The notes: a model not told the origin generated them from the sequence alone. 64,000 nt of DNA from an uncultured Acidobacteriota bacterium (GCA_963809485.1 CAWEJX010000007.1:320001-384000), one strand, 5' to 3'. Positions 1 through 10,774 are shown, numbered from the stretch's first letter. Made by a program: numbers and translations.

Positions 1-2
1 GC

Positions 3-362
3 CGGCGAGACCAGCACCATGCGGAAGCGGACCGCATGTTCAGAGCAGCTGTCGCCTCAAAAAACCGGCTGCTCAGCACGAACCTTGTCTTGGCTGAAAT
101 ACACCGTTTGCTGCTGTACAGGGCCGGAAGCAGGGCTGCGGCCGCAGCCTTGGAAACGATCGAGGCCAGTCCGCTGGTAAAAATCGAGTTCGCAGGCGTT
201 TCCCATCACGGCGCGGCAAAAAAGTGGATGGAAAAGCTGTCGGATCACGCCATTTCCTATACCGATGCCGTCAGCTTTGCCGTAATGGAATCCACACAAT
301 GCCTGCAGGTCATGACTTACGATCACCACTTCCAGCTGGCAGGATTCGATTTATTCGCATGA
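3..362 (+). CDS. vapC: PIN-domain (VapC-like) toxin/nuclease, 5'-truncated by the window edge
   Basis: Frame is open from the window start (RRDQHHAEADRMF...). PIN motifs STNLVLAE, SYTDAVSFAVM and TYDHHF are present. Confidence 0.85.
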   Translation, partial: RRDQHHAEADRMFRAAVASKNRLLSTNLVLAEIHRLLLYRAGSRAAAAALETIEASPLVKIEFAGVSHHGAAKKWMEKLSDHAISYTDAVSFAVMESTQCLQVMTYDHHFQLAGFDLFA

Positions 363-399
363 GGGCAGATATTCCTTATGGAATTTTGATGAGGCTCGA

Positions 400-486
400 T
401 CAGCGTTCATCCGCGCATTTTTCAGCGTTCGTCGGCGTTATCTGATCCTGGAGCCGCGCCCCGCCCCGAGTCCCTCGGCGGAGCTA
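400..486 (+). repeat. Degenerate copy of dispersed element family B (10-mer TC(A/G)GCGT repeats + TGATCCTGGA-N15-GAGTCCC hairpin end)
   Basis: TCAGCGTTCGTCGGCGTTATCTGATCCTGGA-N15-GAGTCCCTCGGCGGAGCT has the same spacing as the copies at 25856 and 57611. Confidence 0.6.
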
Positions 487-1737
487 AAGTATTAGCGATG
501 CATTCAGGCGGCGGGTTTGCTGCTTCATATCATTCACATAGCCTTTGCCGAGACGGCGGATTGCGAATGCGGTCTTGTTGTGGGACAGCGGCTCTTCCAG
601 GTCGGCCCACTGCCGGCTTTTTTCCCCGTCAGGAGTTCCGGGGATCGGGGAGAATTCCGAAAGAAGCACTCTCGTGCCGCACTTGTGGGCAAAATGGATC
701 GAGGACTCAAGTTCCTGCCCGTCTGAATCAGGGTGTCCCAGAATGATGTAGGTGACGATGGAATCGGCTCCCGCCTCGCGCAGGTATCCGACCGCGGCCG
801 AGAATTCATCGGAGCCTACCTTGCCTCCCGTGGAGCGCTGCCAGGCAAGATCACTGCTCTCCAATCCGAAAAAGAAACTGGCAAATCCGGCCCGCAGCAT
901 GAGGCGGGCAAGCTCCGGTGTCACAAAGCGGGCATTGAGCGCGTTGGGAGTGTGAAATGAAACCGGAAAATCGGAGCGAAGGACCCCTTCGAGGAAAGGG
1001 ACGAGCGCAATTTCGGGCTGGAAAAGCAGCGCATCGTCATAAAAAGCAACATTCCTCAATCCCAGCGAGGCCATTTGTCCGAGTTCATACAGGCAAATCG
1101 AGGTCGGGCGTCGGGCAAACCCGGGCCACAAAAGCGGTGCCGAACAATAAGTGCATGCGTAGGGGCAACCTTCCGTAATTTTTATTACTCCAACCTCACC
1201 GGATTCGGGCGGCCAGAAAGGGATCGCCTCTTCAGGTTCCAGGGACAGGAATCGCCACAATGGCGCCAGGTCGGCGCCCTCCACCACCAGGTCTGCGCCC
1301 AGAGACCGGGCATGGGACGGGCAAAGGGTCGCATATACGCCGCCCAGAACGATCCTGCAAGACGGCTGCAGCTCGCGCAGATCCTCGATTACTTCCTGGA
1401 TCCCGGGATACCAGTAGGTCATCATCGTTTGAATCAGTGCCGCATCAAACGAACGGCCATTTAAAAATTCCCGGAATTGGCTGCGCGGCTTTCCAAAGCG
1501 CCGGAAACGCCTTGGAATATCGCTTAAGGATTTTGGTTTGGGAATCTCCAGGCCTGGAAAACGGCCCCGGCCCCAGGCGTCCCTATGTTCCGAGACAAGG
1601 TAGTCAAAAAAGCTGAGGCGGCAGCAGTGCCGAATCCGGCCGGCAACCCGCAGCATTCCGTAAGGCCGAAGCCAGAAGTCATAGGCCGTAAAGTCATATA
1701 TCGGCGGGTTTATCAAAAGCACCTGCATCGGCTGCAT
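484..1737 (-). CDS. B12-binding domain radical SAM protein
   Basis: N-terminal LLINPPIYDF...GGVYATL B12-binding-like region, plus CxxxCxxC (GCPYACTYC) and FYDDALL. Confidence 0.85.
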   Translation of the reverse strand: MQPMQVLLINPPIYDFTAYDFWLRPYGMLRVAGRIRHCCRLSFFDYLVSEHRDAWGRGRFPGLEIPKPKSLSDIPRRFRRFGKPRSQFREFLNGRSFDAALIQTMMTYWYPGIQEVIEDLRELQPSCRIVLGGVYATLCPSHARSLGADLVVEGADLAPLWRFLSLEPEEAIPFWPPESGEVGVIKITEGCPYACTYCSAPLLWPGFARRPTSICLYELGQMASLGLRNVAFYDDALLFQPEIALVPFLEGVLRSDFPVSFHTPNALNARFVTPELARLMLRAGFASFFFGLESSDLAWQRSTGGKVGSDEFSAAVGYLREAGADSIVTYIILGHPDSDGQELESSIHFAHKCGTRVLLSEFSPIPGTPDGEKSRQWADLEEPLSHNKTAFAIRRLGKGYVNDMKQQTRRLNASLIL

Positions 1738-2033
1738 GTCTTCAAGATACAGAAAGCCTGTGCCCAGCGCCAGCCCAGCAGGATAATCCGTGGTGAACAG
1801 CTTCGAGGCTTCGTGGCACGGAGCCGCGCCTTTTTTATGCTCAGGGCGTTGACGGCATGCGAATGACCCGCTGACGTTCCGAGGCCACCAGCCAGTCAGA
1901 CTGCAACATAGCGCAGTGAACCCATTCGCTTCCAGGGCGCGATACGCCGAAATGCTTTCGGATTAAAGGGTATGGTGTGAATTTTTCCGGACAGGCATTC
2001 CCGCGAGTCGAAAATTCCTGTCTGACGGATTTC

Positions 2034-2318
2034 TTACTGCCTCGGCACGACTTTCATGTCCCATTCGTACAGCTCCAGGGTCCTGGCCCCGAGAACCACA
2101 TACGGATCGCTCTGGGCCAATTCTCTGGCCTCTTCCATGGATTCCGCTATATAGATGGCAAGCCCGCCCTCGCCGCCGGTAAAGCGTCCACGGGCGAAGA
2201 TTTTCCCTTCCTGCTCATTTTTCTGGAGAAAATCCACATGATGCTGGCGATATAACTGGTTTTTTTCAGGATCTTTCATTTTCAGAAATGCCGCGAAATA
2301 TTTCATATTTTTCTCCAT
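2034..2318 (-). CDS. YciI family protein
   Basis: 94 aa with RQHHVDFL...GRF...DPYV, the His/Asp pattern typical of YciI. Confidence 0.8.
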   Translation of the reverse strand: MEKNMKYFAAFLKMKDPEKNQLYRQHHVDFLQKNEQEGKIFARGRFTGGEGGLAIYIAESMEEARELAQSDPYVVLGARTLELYEWDMKVVPRQ

Positions 2319-2338
2319 TGCGCGTCCTCATCCCGGAC

Positions 2339-4816
2339 TCATGCGATCGCTTCGACTTGCACGCCGACCAGCGGTTCGAGCAGTTTGCGTTCCTCCTGCG
2401 GAAGAGCCATAAAAACTCCGAGATCATGGGTTTCACGGTAGCGGATAGCGGAATCCAGAAGGCGCACGGGCAAATGGAACTCGCGGAATTTAGCCGCCAT
2501 CATTTGCCAGGATTCCAGCCAGAGTGAAGCATCCTCATCGCTGAGGGCCGTGGAGGACATCACGTCGGGGATGCATCCTATAAGCCCCTGCCCCAAAGCT
2601 CCGAGCATGTTGTGTTTCTGGTAAATCAATAGAAGCACCTTGATCGACAGCTGGGTGATTTTGGGATCGAACAGGCCTGGGATAAGACGCCGGATTAAGG
2701 CTCCTGTGTCCCCGGCATCCGGATTCTCCGAGCGGGCGAACCGGTCGAGCGCCTCGTCCAGATTAGCTGCCGCTTCGCGCCAGCGGTCGAGGGCTAAAAG
2801 GAGCTCGACCACTTTATACCGGACGAATGAAGAGCCTTCCCCAAGCGAAATGGCTTTGCGGAAGCAATCCAGAGACTCATCGTGCTGCTCCTTCCTGCAA
2901 AGGGCCGATCCTTTAAGCACCCAGGCTCCCGCCTCCGCAGGGCTGAGCTCGATTGCCTTTTGAACCTGTTCCAGGGCCTCATCCGGGCGGTTCAACTCAA
3001 TCAGCGCAGCGCACATGTGCATGCGTGCCTTTGGGTTTTTGGGCTCCAGCTCGACCGCTTTTGAAAAAGCTTCAAGTGCTTCCGGGAACAATTCAAGATC
3101 AGCCAGCGCGGCCCCGCGCGTGGTCCAGGCAACGGCATCCTTGTTGTCCAGCCTGATAGCCACATCGCAGGCATTCAAAGCCTCGCCGGGGCGAGAGAGG
3201 TTCACGAATATGGAGGCCTGGGTGCACCACGTCTCGCCCGAATCGGAATTGAACTGGATCGATTTGCTGCATGAGGAAAGAGCTTCTTCGTATCGCCCGA
3301 TACGGTTGAGGATCCAGGCATGCCATCGCAGGGCTTCGGCGTCCCGGGGATTTGAGGCGAGTATCCTGTCGTAGACCTGGGCGGCTTCCTCCAATTGCCC
3401 AAGGCGGATGAGGCAGAAAGCCTCGGCCATCAGGTCCTGTTTCAATCCGCGGACGGCCGCAAGCTCTTCCGCAGCCTTTAGAGCTTTGCCATAATCATTG
3501 CTCTGGACCGAGTCGTTATATTCCCCGCAACACTCGCCGATTCGCGGATCTTCCCAACGTTGCTCCAGGGTTTCGAGCGGCGGAAAATAGTTCTGTTCCG
3601 CCAGGTCCTGGGTTGGAAGCGCAGCCAGCTTCTGCTTCAGCTCGGCCGGCGAATACCAGAGCCGCAAAAAATCAAGCAGAAGGCCGATGGGCTTGCCCCG
3701 GTGTTTTTTAACCTCAAAGGACAGGCGCATCAGCGGTTCACGCAATTCGTAATAGCGGTCTTCTCCTATTTGAAAAGAATGCAGGTGCCCCAATTTGCAC
3801 AGGGATTCCAGCTGAGCGGAGGCCGTCGTGGAGCCAATGAAGGAGGCCCGGGAGACATCGGCAACTCGCACCGGGTGACGATCTTCGCAAACAAACTCGA
3901 TAATTTTGCGCTGCTCCACAGGCAGCGCGGCGATCCGCGAGTTGTAGTAGGGAGTCAGGTCGTCGACCGTCTCCATCAGCGGCCTTACGAGCTCCTCGAT
4001 CGACTCGTGCGCGAGCAGCGGGGCGAAAACCACGTAGGCCCGGTGGTTGCCGCCGGCAAGATAGCGCAGGGCGCGGACCCGCGATCGTCCCCGCGGCGTG
4101 TCGATCAGGGAAATAAGCTCCCTGTCGTTCTGGAAGCGCGCAATCTTGGAAATCAGCTGGACTGCGTCCTCGAAATTCAGTTCGCGCAGCACCTCAACAC
4201 GGAAAAAATCCTGCTGAAAAGGAGAGCCTGAAGGGAACACCCGCGCCATAGGTCCCGGCGAAGTAGCTACCATGCAACAGAAGCCGCTTTCACGCAGAAA
4301 ACGGTACAGCTTCAACTCCTCTGCCCGGCCGAGCTTTTGCAGCAGATCATCAAAATTTTCCGCCAGGATCAGGATGGTGCGCTTGCCGGCAATCTCCTTT
4401 ATCAGGCCGGAAGCTGCAGACTCGACTTCGCCGGAATCTAGCTCATAGAGAGATGCCAGTCGCTGTTCAACAACCTGGTCCTTCGCGCTCCCCGATGTCA
4501 GGGCTCGCAAAATCCTGAACAGCAGATCCCGAAAAGAGGAAACTCCCCATTCCTCCTCACGCAGCCAGGCGGTGAGAAGGCGGTCTTTGAGCTCCCCCAC
4601 CGCACTGAGCCGGTAGTAAATCATTGAAATCAGGTGTGTCTTGCCGATCCCTCTGGGCCCAACGAGCAGGCTGTTTTGTTTGGATTGGGTTAACGCGCTG
4701 ATGCCGATGCGCTCCAGAATGCTTTGCAGCAGCTCTTCTCGCTGGACGAAAATGGCTTCCAACGCATCCGGCGTCATCAGGCTGGGGGTAAAGCGTGAAA
4801 GAAACTGTGATTCCAT
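2339..4816 (-). CDS. STAND-like P-loop ATPase + winged helix + TPR-repeat protein
   Basis: Walker A GPRGIGKT, Walker B-like ILILAENFDD, GGNHR (GxP-equivalent), an HTH-like segment ending YYELREPLMR, and several TPRs (e.g. AWTTRGAALADLELFPEALEAFSKAVELEP). Confidence 0.85.
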   Translation of the reverse strand: MESQFLSRFTPSLMTPDALEAIFVQREELLQSILERIGISALTQSKQNSLLVGPRGIGKTHLISMIYYRLSAVGELKDRLLTAWLREEEWGVSSFRDLLFRILRALTSGSAKDQVVEQRLASLYELDSGEVESAASGLIKEIAGKRTILILAENFDDLLQKLGRAEELKLYRFLRESGFCCMVATSPGPMARVFPSGSPFQQDFFRVEVLRELNFEDAVQLISKIARFQNDRELISLIDTPRGRSRVRALRYLAGGNHRAYVVFAPLLAHESIEELVRPLMETVDDLTPYYNSRIAALPVEQRKIIEFVCEDRHPVRVADVSRASFIGSTTASAQLESLCKLGHLHSFQIGEDRYYELREPLMRLSFEVKKHRGKPIGLLLDFLRLWYSPAELKQKLAALPTQDLAEQNYFPPLETLEQRWEDPRIGECCGEYNDSVQSNDYGKALKAAEELAAVRGLKQDLMAEAFCLIRLGQLEEAAQVYDRILASNPRDAEALRWHAWILNRIGRYEEALSSCSKSIQFNSDSGETWCTQASIFVNLSRPGEALNACDVAIRLDNKDAVAWTTRGAALADLELFPEALEAFSKAVELEPKNPKARMHMCAALIELNRPDEALEQVQKAIELSPAEAGAWVLKGSALCRKEQHDESLDCFRKAISLGEGSSFVRYKVVELLLALDRWREAAANLDEALDRFARSENPDAGDTGALIRRLIPGLFDPKITQLSIKVLLLIYQKHNMLGALGQGLIGCIPDVMSSTALSDEDASLWLESWQMMAAKFREFHLPVRLLDSAIRYRETHDLGVFMALPQEERKLLEPLVGVQVEAIA

Positions 4817-4899
4817 AGATTAAGTCGGGGCCGACACTTGTTCACGGATTGCGCTGAACTCCGGATTCGCGGCACTCGCATGAGGTCCAACGAACGAGG

Positions 4900-5139
4900 C
4901 TAGGCGCGTTTCTCCATATCTTCCAAGCCATAATCCTTCATTTCGATGACGCTTTTAACTCCGAGCAAAGCGCAGGTGTTGTCGTAGATCTGTTTCATCA
5001 CCTTCTTCGCATTCTGGAGTTCATCGATTCTTTGCCTGGCTCGGGCAATCTCTTCGCTCAGCTCCTTGTCGAGATGATCCAGTTCGGCCCGGGCCATTTG
5101 TCTCATGGCCTCATATCTGCTCTGTTGATCGCTTGTCAT
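4900..5139 (-). CDS. Small coiled-coil hypothetical protein (79 aa)
   Basis: Heptad-rich helical sequence (ELDHLDKELSEEIARARQRIDELQNAKK), co-oriented with its neighbours. Confidence 0.7.
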   Translation of the reverse strand: MTSDQQSRYEAMRQMARAELDHLDKELSEEIARARQRIDELQNAKKVMKQIYDNTCALLGVKSVIEMKDYGLEDMEKRA

Positions 5140-5266
5140 ATTTTATCCACAGTCTGTGAGCTCCGGATAGACCGGAGGCTTGGTTGATTCACCACCCGCA
5201 ACAGTAAGCCCCACCTCAGAATTGCTCTGTGCCGCACCCCGTCGAAATTCCGGCGGAACCGGAGAT

Positions 5267-6226
5267 TTACTGCAAAGGATTGAAGCTTATCGAAATTTGC
5301 TCCCTGCTGGCAATACTGACTCCGTTGGCCGATGCCGGTTTGAATTTCCACTGAAACACGGTCTCTTCGGCAGCCTCGCGGAAAAGACCTGGACCGGAAA
5401 CCGCCCTGGCGTCCACGACATCCCCTTTTTCATTAATCTCTATATCAAGCACAACAGTACCCGCTATCCCATACCTTCTGGCTGATTGGGGGTATATGGG
5501 CTTTACTGCGCTGATGCATTCTGCTTTGGTTGCATTGGACGAAATCACGGATTCCGAAGGAAGTGTTTGTTCGAAAACCGGTGGCGCCGATGTGGCATTG
5601 TTCGCTGCAGGGATGATCCTGGTCGGTTCTGACTTGAAGAACAGGTAGAAGATGGAAATCCCCAGAAGCATAATCAGGATCAGAGCTAAAATGACATATT
5701 TAACCCACGCAAACTTCCTGCGGGAGACGACCTGGCTGCGAAAGATTTCCAGCCTTTGCCATGACTGATCCCCCGAATCGGCGCTTGTGCGCCGCTCTTC
5801 CGAAGCGACTTTCTCCCGATCAGCAGGCGCGGCGGGAATTGCCGGAACATCCGTCTGGGGAGGGATTGCCGGTGCTGGTGTTTGATCCTTTCGATCACCA
5901 ATAGGTACTACTTTGGTTTTAAGTCTCTCAAGTTCACTGAGAGACTCCTCAATCTCGCGGTTGATCTCATCAACTTCGGAAGATGGTTCCGGGCGGCTCT
6001 CCCCGATAATCTTAATAACCGGCGGTTCCGTTTCGGTTTCCGGGGAGATAACAACCGGCGTCTCTTGAAGCCTTTCCGGTTGCGGCATTTGTTTGATCCC
6101 AGTGGAAAGACTGGTAAGCTCATCCAGAAAACCGGAGACCAGATCGTCCACATTTTCGGAAGCAGCTTCGGCCGGAATATCCTTTCCCTTCGCGTCGTTC
6201 CCTTCATTCAATCTGCTTCGCTGCAT
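5267..6226 (-). CDS. TonB C-terminal domain membrane protein with long acidic N-terminal region
   Basis: TM segment VILALILIMLLGISIFYLFF and a C-terminal TonB_C domain (PIYPQSARRYGIAGTVVLDIEINEKGDV...WKFKPA). Start placed at the ATG at 6226. Confidence 0.75.
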   Translation of the reverse strand: MQRSRLNEGNDAKGKDIPAEAASENVDDLVSGFLDELTSLSTGIKQMPQPERLQETPVVISPETETEPPVIKIIGESRPEPSSEVDEINREIEESLSELERLKTKVVPIGDRKDQTPAPAIPPQTDVPAIPAAPADREKVASEERRTSADSGDQSWQRLEIFRSQVVSRRKFAWVKYVILALILIMLLGISIFYLFFKSEPTRIIPAANNATSAPPVFEQTLPSESVISSNATKAECISAVKPIYPQSARRYGIAGTVVLDIEINEKGDVVDARAVSGPGLFREAAEETVFQWKFKPASANGVSIASREQISISFNPLQ

Positions 6227-6481
6227 TAGATGACTCGCTTTGCTTTGATAGCAATGGTTCCTTCGCACGGGATGGAGATTCCCTTTTTTGCCGGCAACTG
6301 GATAGCTGGTTCTGAGTGCCTGAGGCAACAGCCGGCCCGGTAGCCCGTCCCCAAACCACCGTGGGCCTATGGTTTGTGAGCAATCGTAGGGTAGACCGGA
6401 CACATTGACATGTCAATAGTCTTGAACCTGCAGGCAATGTGAGGCTAAAGTTCAAGAGAGGCAGCCCCTGGGGGAGGTGGG

Positions 6482-8144
6482 ATGATGACGGAGACCAGAA
6501 AAGGATTTGGAATCGCAAGAATAATGGGAATTGTTTTTGTGCTGTTGGTGGTCCTTGTTGCAGCAATCCCTTTTCTTTTGGACCTTAATCAGTTCCGCCC
6601 CCAGATTGAATCCCAGCTGTCCGGTGCGCTTGGCCGGGACGTCAAGGTTGACAGCCTGAACCTCTCCCTGCTATCCGGCGGCATTCAGGTGAAAAATATC
6701 AGTATTGCCGATAATCCGGCATTCAGCAGTTCTGCTTTCGTGCAGGCGAAATCGCTGCAGGCTGGCGTCGAACTGAAGCCCCTGATTTTCTCAAAATCGG
6801 TTCGCATTACCGGAATTTCGCTGGATGGCCCCAATATCACCCTGATCCGGTCTTCGTCCGGCAAGTGGAATATTTCCGATCTGGGAAGCAGGGCCGGGGC
6901 GCCCAAGAAAGTCACGGGAGCGGATTCGGGAAGTAACGGCCGGGACGGATGTTTCCATAAAACAGCTCAAAATAGCAGGCGGCCGGGTTACCATCGTCGG
7001 ATCAAACCGGAAATCGACGGTTTACGACAATGTCAACCTCGTGGCGAATGATCTCTCCTTCACCTCTGAATTTCCCTTCAGGCTGACGGCTTCGCTTCCC
7101 GGCGGCGGCGATTTCAGGCTGGAAGGCAAGGCCGGACCTCTGAACACGGCTGACATGGCACGCACATCCCTGTCGGCGGATCTCGCTGTTTCAAAACTGG
7201 ATATCGTCTCATCGGGATTTGTCGCAGCGGATTCCGGCCTTTCGGGAGTCATGGACTTCAAGGGTACGGTCGCCTCCGATGGCAGCAAGATGCGGAGCAG
7301 CGGCCAAGCTCAAGCCGGCAGGCTCCAATTCGTCAAAGGCGGCGCGCCGGCTGGCAGGCCGGTATCTCTGGATTACGGAGTCGACTACGATCTGGCGCAG
7401 GGGAACGGTGTATTGAGCGAAGCAAAAGTGGGATATGGCAGTGCAGTCGCCAGTCTCACCGGAAATTACGACCTGAGCGGAGAAAGCGTCTTGCTCCACG
7501 TGAAAGTGAGCGGCATCGGAATGCCCCTTCAGGACCTTGAGACTTTGCTTCCGGCATTCGCTGTTACGATGCCCAAGGGGGCTTCGCTCCAGGGGGGAAC
7601 GCTGACTGCCCGCATGGCTGCGGATGGGCCCATTGAAAAAATGGTGATTGCGGGTACCGTGGATGTCAACCGGACCCGGCTGGTGGGATTCGATCTTGCG
7701 GGCAAAATGTCCGCCCTGGCTGCACTGGCCGGACTTAAGCCGGAAGAGGCAACTGCCATCGAAAAGTTTGCCGCGTACATAAAGCAGACGTCTGAAGGAA
7801 CTCAGGTAAGCAATCTTCTTCTGATCCTTCCGGCAATTGGAGCCCTTTACGGCAACGGCAGGATAAGCGTCGACCAGTCGCTTGATTTCGAGATGAGGGC
7901 CCGTCTGAAACCTTCGGGTGGAATCGCGCAGAGTCTGGGGAAGCTGGCGGGAAGCAACACCCTGGAAATCCCCTTCCTTATTCGCGGAACAGCTTCAGAT
8001 CCCAAATTTGTCGCCGATATGAAAGAAGCAGCCGGCGGCCTGCTGGGGTCGATAATGTCAGGGAAGGGCGGCAAAAAGGGGCAAACGGATTCGGGCAAAA
8101 GCCTGGAAGGGTCGCTGCTCGAGATGATCCAGAAAAAGAAATAA
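6482..8144 (+). CDS. AsmA family protein, split by one frameshift (~6928-6930)
   Basis: AsmA-like N-terminus (PFLLDLNQFRPQIESQLSGALGRDV) and C-terminus (IPFLIRGTASDPKF). Removing one G from the GGG at 6928-6930 joins ORFs 6482..7051 and 7041..8144. Confidence 0.8.
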
Positions 8145-8151
8145 CGGAAAT

Positions 8152-8982
8152 ATGTCTCGAAAATCCCGTTTATGCTTCACGGCAGCGATGCTGCTGATTT
8201 TCACGGCGGCAGCCGGGGCTCAATCGATCCAGCACGAACAACTGGAGCGAAATGTCATTGAAGACCGGTTGCGGCAATACACCGGGCCGAATGCCGCGCG
8301 CGGGATCACTATGATGAAACTGTTCGCGGAAGCAGGCTGCAGCGGGGAGCGCCTGCAGGAGCAGCCGGTGTATCATGCGGATGCGCCGAACGTTGTATGC
8401 AGGCTTCCCGGCAACGGCAACGGAGTGATTATCGTCGGGGCGCATTTCGACTACGTCCCCGCCGGCGATGGAGTCGTGGACAACTGGAGCGGCTCTTCGC
8501 TTTTGCCCAGCCTTTATCAAAGCCTGAGCGGGACGCCCAGGCGTCACACTTTCATTTTTATTGGCTTTACGGGGGAAGAAACGGGATTTTTCGGTTCCAG
8601 GTCCTACGTGAGGCATCTTACAGAAGATGAGGCCGCCCGCGTAAAGGCCATGATCAACCTGGACACGCTCGGGCTCGGCCCTACGGAAATCTGGATCAGC
8701 GACAGCGATCCGGGGCTTGTGGAAAAATTGGCCACTGTAGCCTACGAATTAAAACTGCCGCTCCGGGGCATGAACGTGGACGGCATCGGCGACAGCGACG
8801 GCCGGCCTTTCAAGGACCGGGACATTCCCGTCATTACTCTGCATTCGGTCACCGCCGACAATCTGAGGATCCTCCACACGAGTGAGGACAACCTGGGAGC
8901 CGTAAAGCTTGAGGATTATTACGAAAGCTACAAGCTCATCGCCGCCTATCTTGCGGCCCTGGATACGGCATTAGCCAGGTAA
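8152..8982 (+). CDS. Secreted M28 family metallopeptidase
   Basis: Signal peptide and metal-ligand motifs GAHFD, DNWSG, GEETG, NLDT, HTSED. Confidence 0.85.
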   Translation: MSRKSRLCFTAAMLLIFTAAAGAQSIQHEQLERNVIEDRLRQYTGPNAARGITMMKLFAEAGCSGERLQEQPVYHADAPNVVCRLPGNGNGVIIVGAHFDYVPAGDGVVDNWSGSSLLPSLYQSLSGTPRRHTFIFIGFTGEETGFFGSRSYVRHLTEDEAARVKAMINLDTLGLGPTEIWISDSDPGLVEKLATVAYELKLPLRGMNVDGIGDSDGRPFKDRDIPVITLHSVTADNLRILHTSEDNLGAVKLEDYYESYKLIAAYLAALDTALAR

Positions 8983-9210
8983 GTCCTTACCGATGCGCGT
9001 CCGGATCAGGAATACGGGAGTTTCAGGGCTTCCATAATCCCCTTCATATATCCGAAAGTGAATATTTTGCCTCCCATTGCGTAGCCCGACCTGGTTGCGG
9101 TCGCTTTCGATCGTCGGGGCGTGGTCGGACAGGATGGGTATAGCATCAATCTTGACAACGCCCCGGGAAAAAGAAAAGGATGGAAGCTGTTCGGGCAAGC
9201 GGGGAGCTCC

Positions 9211-10686
9211 ATGAAAGACAAAAAAGTCGTGATCGTCGGCGGCGGCATCGCCGGTCTCTGCACGGGGATTTATCTTCAGAAAAACGGCTTTGAAACCGAA
9301 ATCCTGGAAATGCACTCTGCGGCGGGAGGCCTGGCCACAGCTTGGAAGAGGAGCGGATATACGTTTGAAAATTGCATTCATTGGTTTGTCGGCTCGAAGA
9401 CAGGAGAGGACATGAACTCGACCTGGAAGGAGGTCTTCGACCTGAGCAAGCTGGATTTCTACAATGATTCCGTCTATGAGGTGATCGAGCAGGAGGGCCG
9501 GAGCCTCGTCGTATACCGGAATGTCGATCGCATGGAACAGGAATTCCTGGCCAAGGCGCCCGAAGATGCGGAAAGCATCCGGCATTTTGCGGGGCTTGTC
9601 CGGAAGCTGGCCTCGCTGAAGCTGCCCGGCGGAGACAACCCGTTTGCCCGCCTGTTTTCCTACATCAAAGCCACTCCCTATCTCTGGCTGGTGGGCAAAA
9701 ATTCAAAAATCACGATGGGCGAATATGCGGAGAGATTTGCAAATCCGCTTCTGAAAAGCTTTTTTGCCTCCGGTCTCGGCGAACTGTCTCTCCTGGCCAT
9801 CGCCTTTTCTCTGGCCTGGATGTCGCGAGGCAATGCGGGGTATCCCATAGGCGGTTCGCTCAAGCTGATCGGTCTCATTGAAGAGCGATACATAAAGCTT
9901 GGCGGCAATATCCGGTTCGGGTCGAAAGTCGACAAAATTCTCGTGAAGAAGGGCAAGGCCGCGGGAGTCGAGCTTTCCGGAGGCAGAGAGATTGCCGCCG
10001 ACATTGTCGTATCGGCGGCAGACGGCCATTCGACCCTATTCCATCTGCTGAGTGGGGAATACCTGAGCGACGATGTCGAGAAGGCTTTCAAGACCTACAA
10101 GCCGTTTCCTTCCTACGTGCAGGTATCCATGGGTGTCCGTGCGGATTTGAGGGGAGAACCCGGATTTATCGGCCTGCACCGCGAAGCGGGAATCCTCGTG
10201 GATCCAAAAACCCGCACCAATTTCCTGGCTTTCCGCATCTTCAATTTCGACCCTACCTTTGCGCCGGAGGGAAAAACCGCGGTCGTATGTTTCATGGCGA
10301 CGAGATTCCATGAATATTGGGTGTCCCTGCGCCAGGCGGACAAGGCGAAATACGACGCCGAAAAAATGAGAATCGCGGACGAGGTTGTGAACGCTTTCCT
10401 GGAGCGCTTCCCGGCGGCAAAGGGCGCCATTGAAGTGGTGGATGTGGCAACGCCCGCAACGGTCATCCGCTATACCGGCAACTGGAAAGGAAGCATGGAA
10501 GGCTGGCTGATGACGCCGGAGACGGGCGTGAAGCAGCTTCCGCTCACTATTCCCCGTTTGAAGGAATTTTACATGGTCGGTCAATGGGTCAGCCCCGGCG
10601 GAGGCCTGCCTTCGGGCCTGCTGACCGCCAGGAACGCGGCAAGAATGATCTGCCGGGACAACAAAACAAAATTCAAAGCGGTTTGA
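9211..10686 (+). CDS. FAD-dependent oxidoreductase, phytoene desaturase-like family
   Basis: GGGIAG Rossmann motif, GYPIGG, ATPATVIRYTGNWKGS and GQWVSPGGG. Confidence 0.85.
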   Translation: MKDKKVVIVGGGIAGLCTGIYLQKNGFETEILEMHSAAGGLATAWKRSGYTFENCIHWFVGSKTGEDMNSTWKEVFDLSKLDFYNDSVYEVIEQEGRSLVVYRNVDRMEQEFLAKAPEDAESIRHFAGLVRKLASLKLPGGDNPFARLFSYIKATPYLWLVGKNSKITMGEYAERFANPLLKSFFASGLGELSLLAIAFSLAWMSRGNAGYPIGGSLKLIGLIEERYIKLGGNIRFGSKVDKILVKKGKAAGVELSGGREIAADIVVSAADGHSTLFHLLSGEYLSDDVEKAFKTYKPFPSYVQVSMGVRADLRGEPGFIGLHREAGILVDPKTRTNFLAFRIFNFDPTFAPEGKTAVVCFMATRFHEYWVSLRQADKAKYDAEKMRIADEVVNAFLERFPAAKGAIEVVDVATPATVIRYTGNWKGSMEGWLMTPETGVKQLPLTIPRLKEFYMVGQWVSPGGGLPSGLLTARNAARMICRDNKTKFKAV

Positions 10687-10774
10687 GCCCAACGGCTCGG
10701 TGATCCTTGAACCCGGCATCCGGATACTTTATAACTTCCCGGTCATTTTCATCTGTCCATAAAGGAGAGACTGC

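Noticed and set aside
5143-5151. Perfect DnaA box TTATCCACA
   Set aside because: It is a single box overlapping the likely RBS of the 79-aa gene, with no cluster or AT-rich unwinding element, so it is not called oriC.
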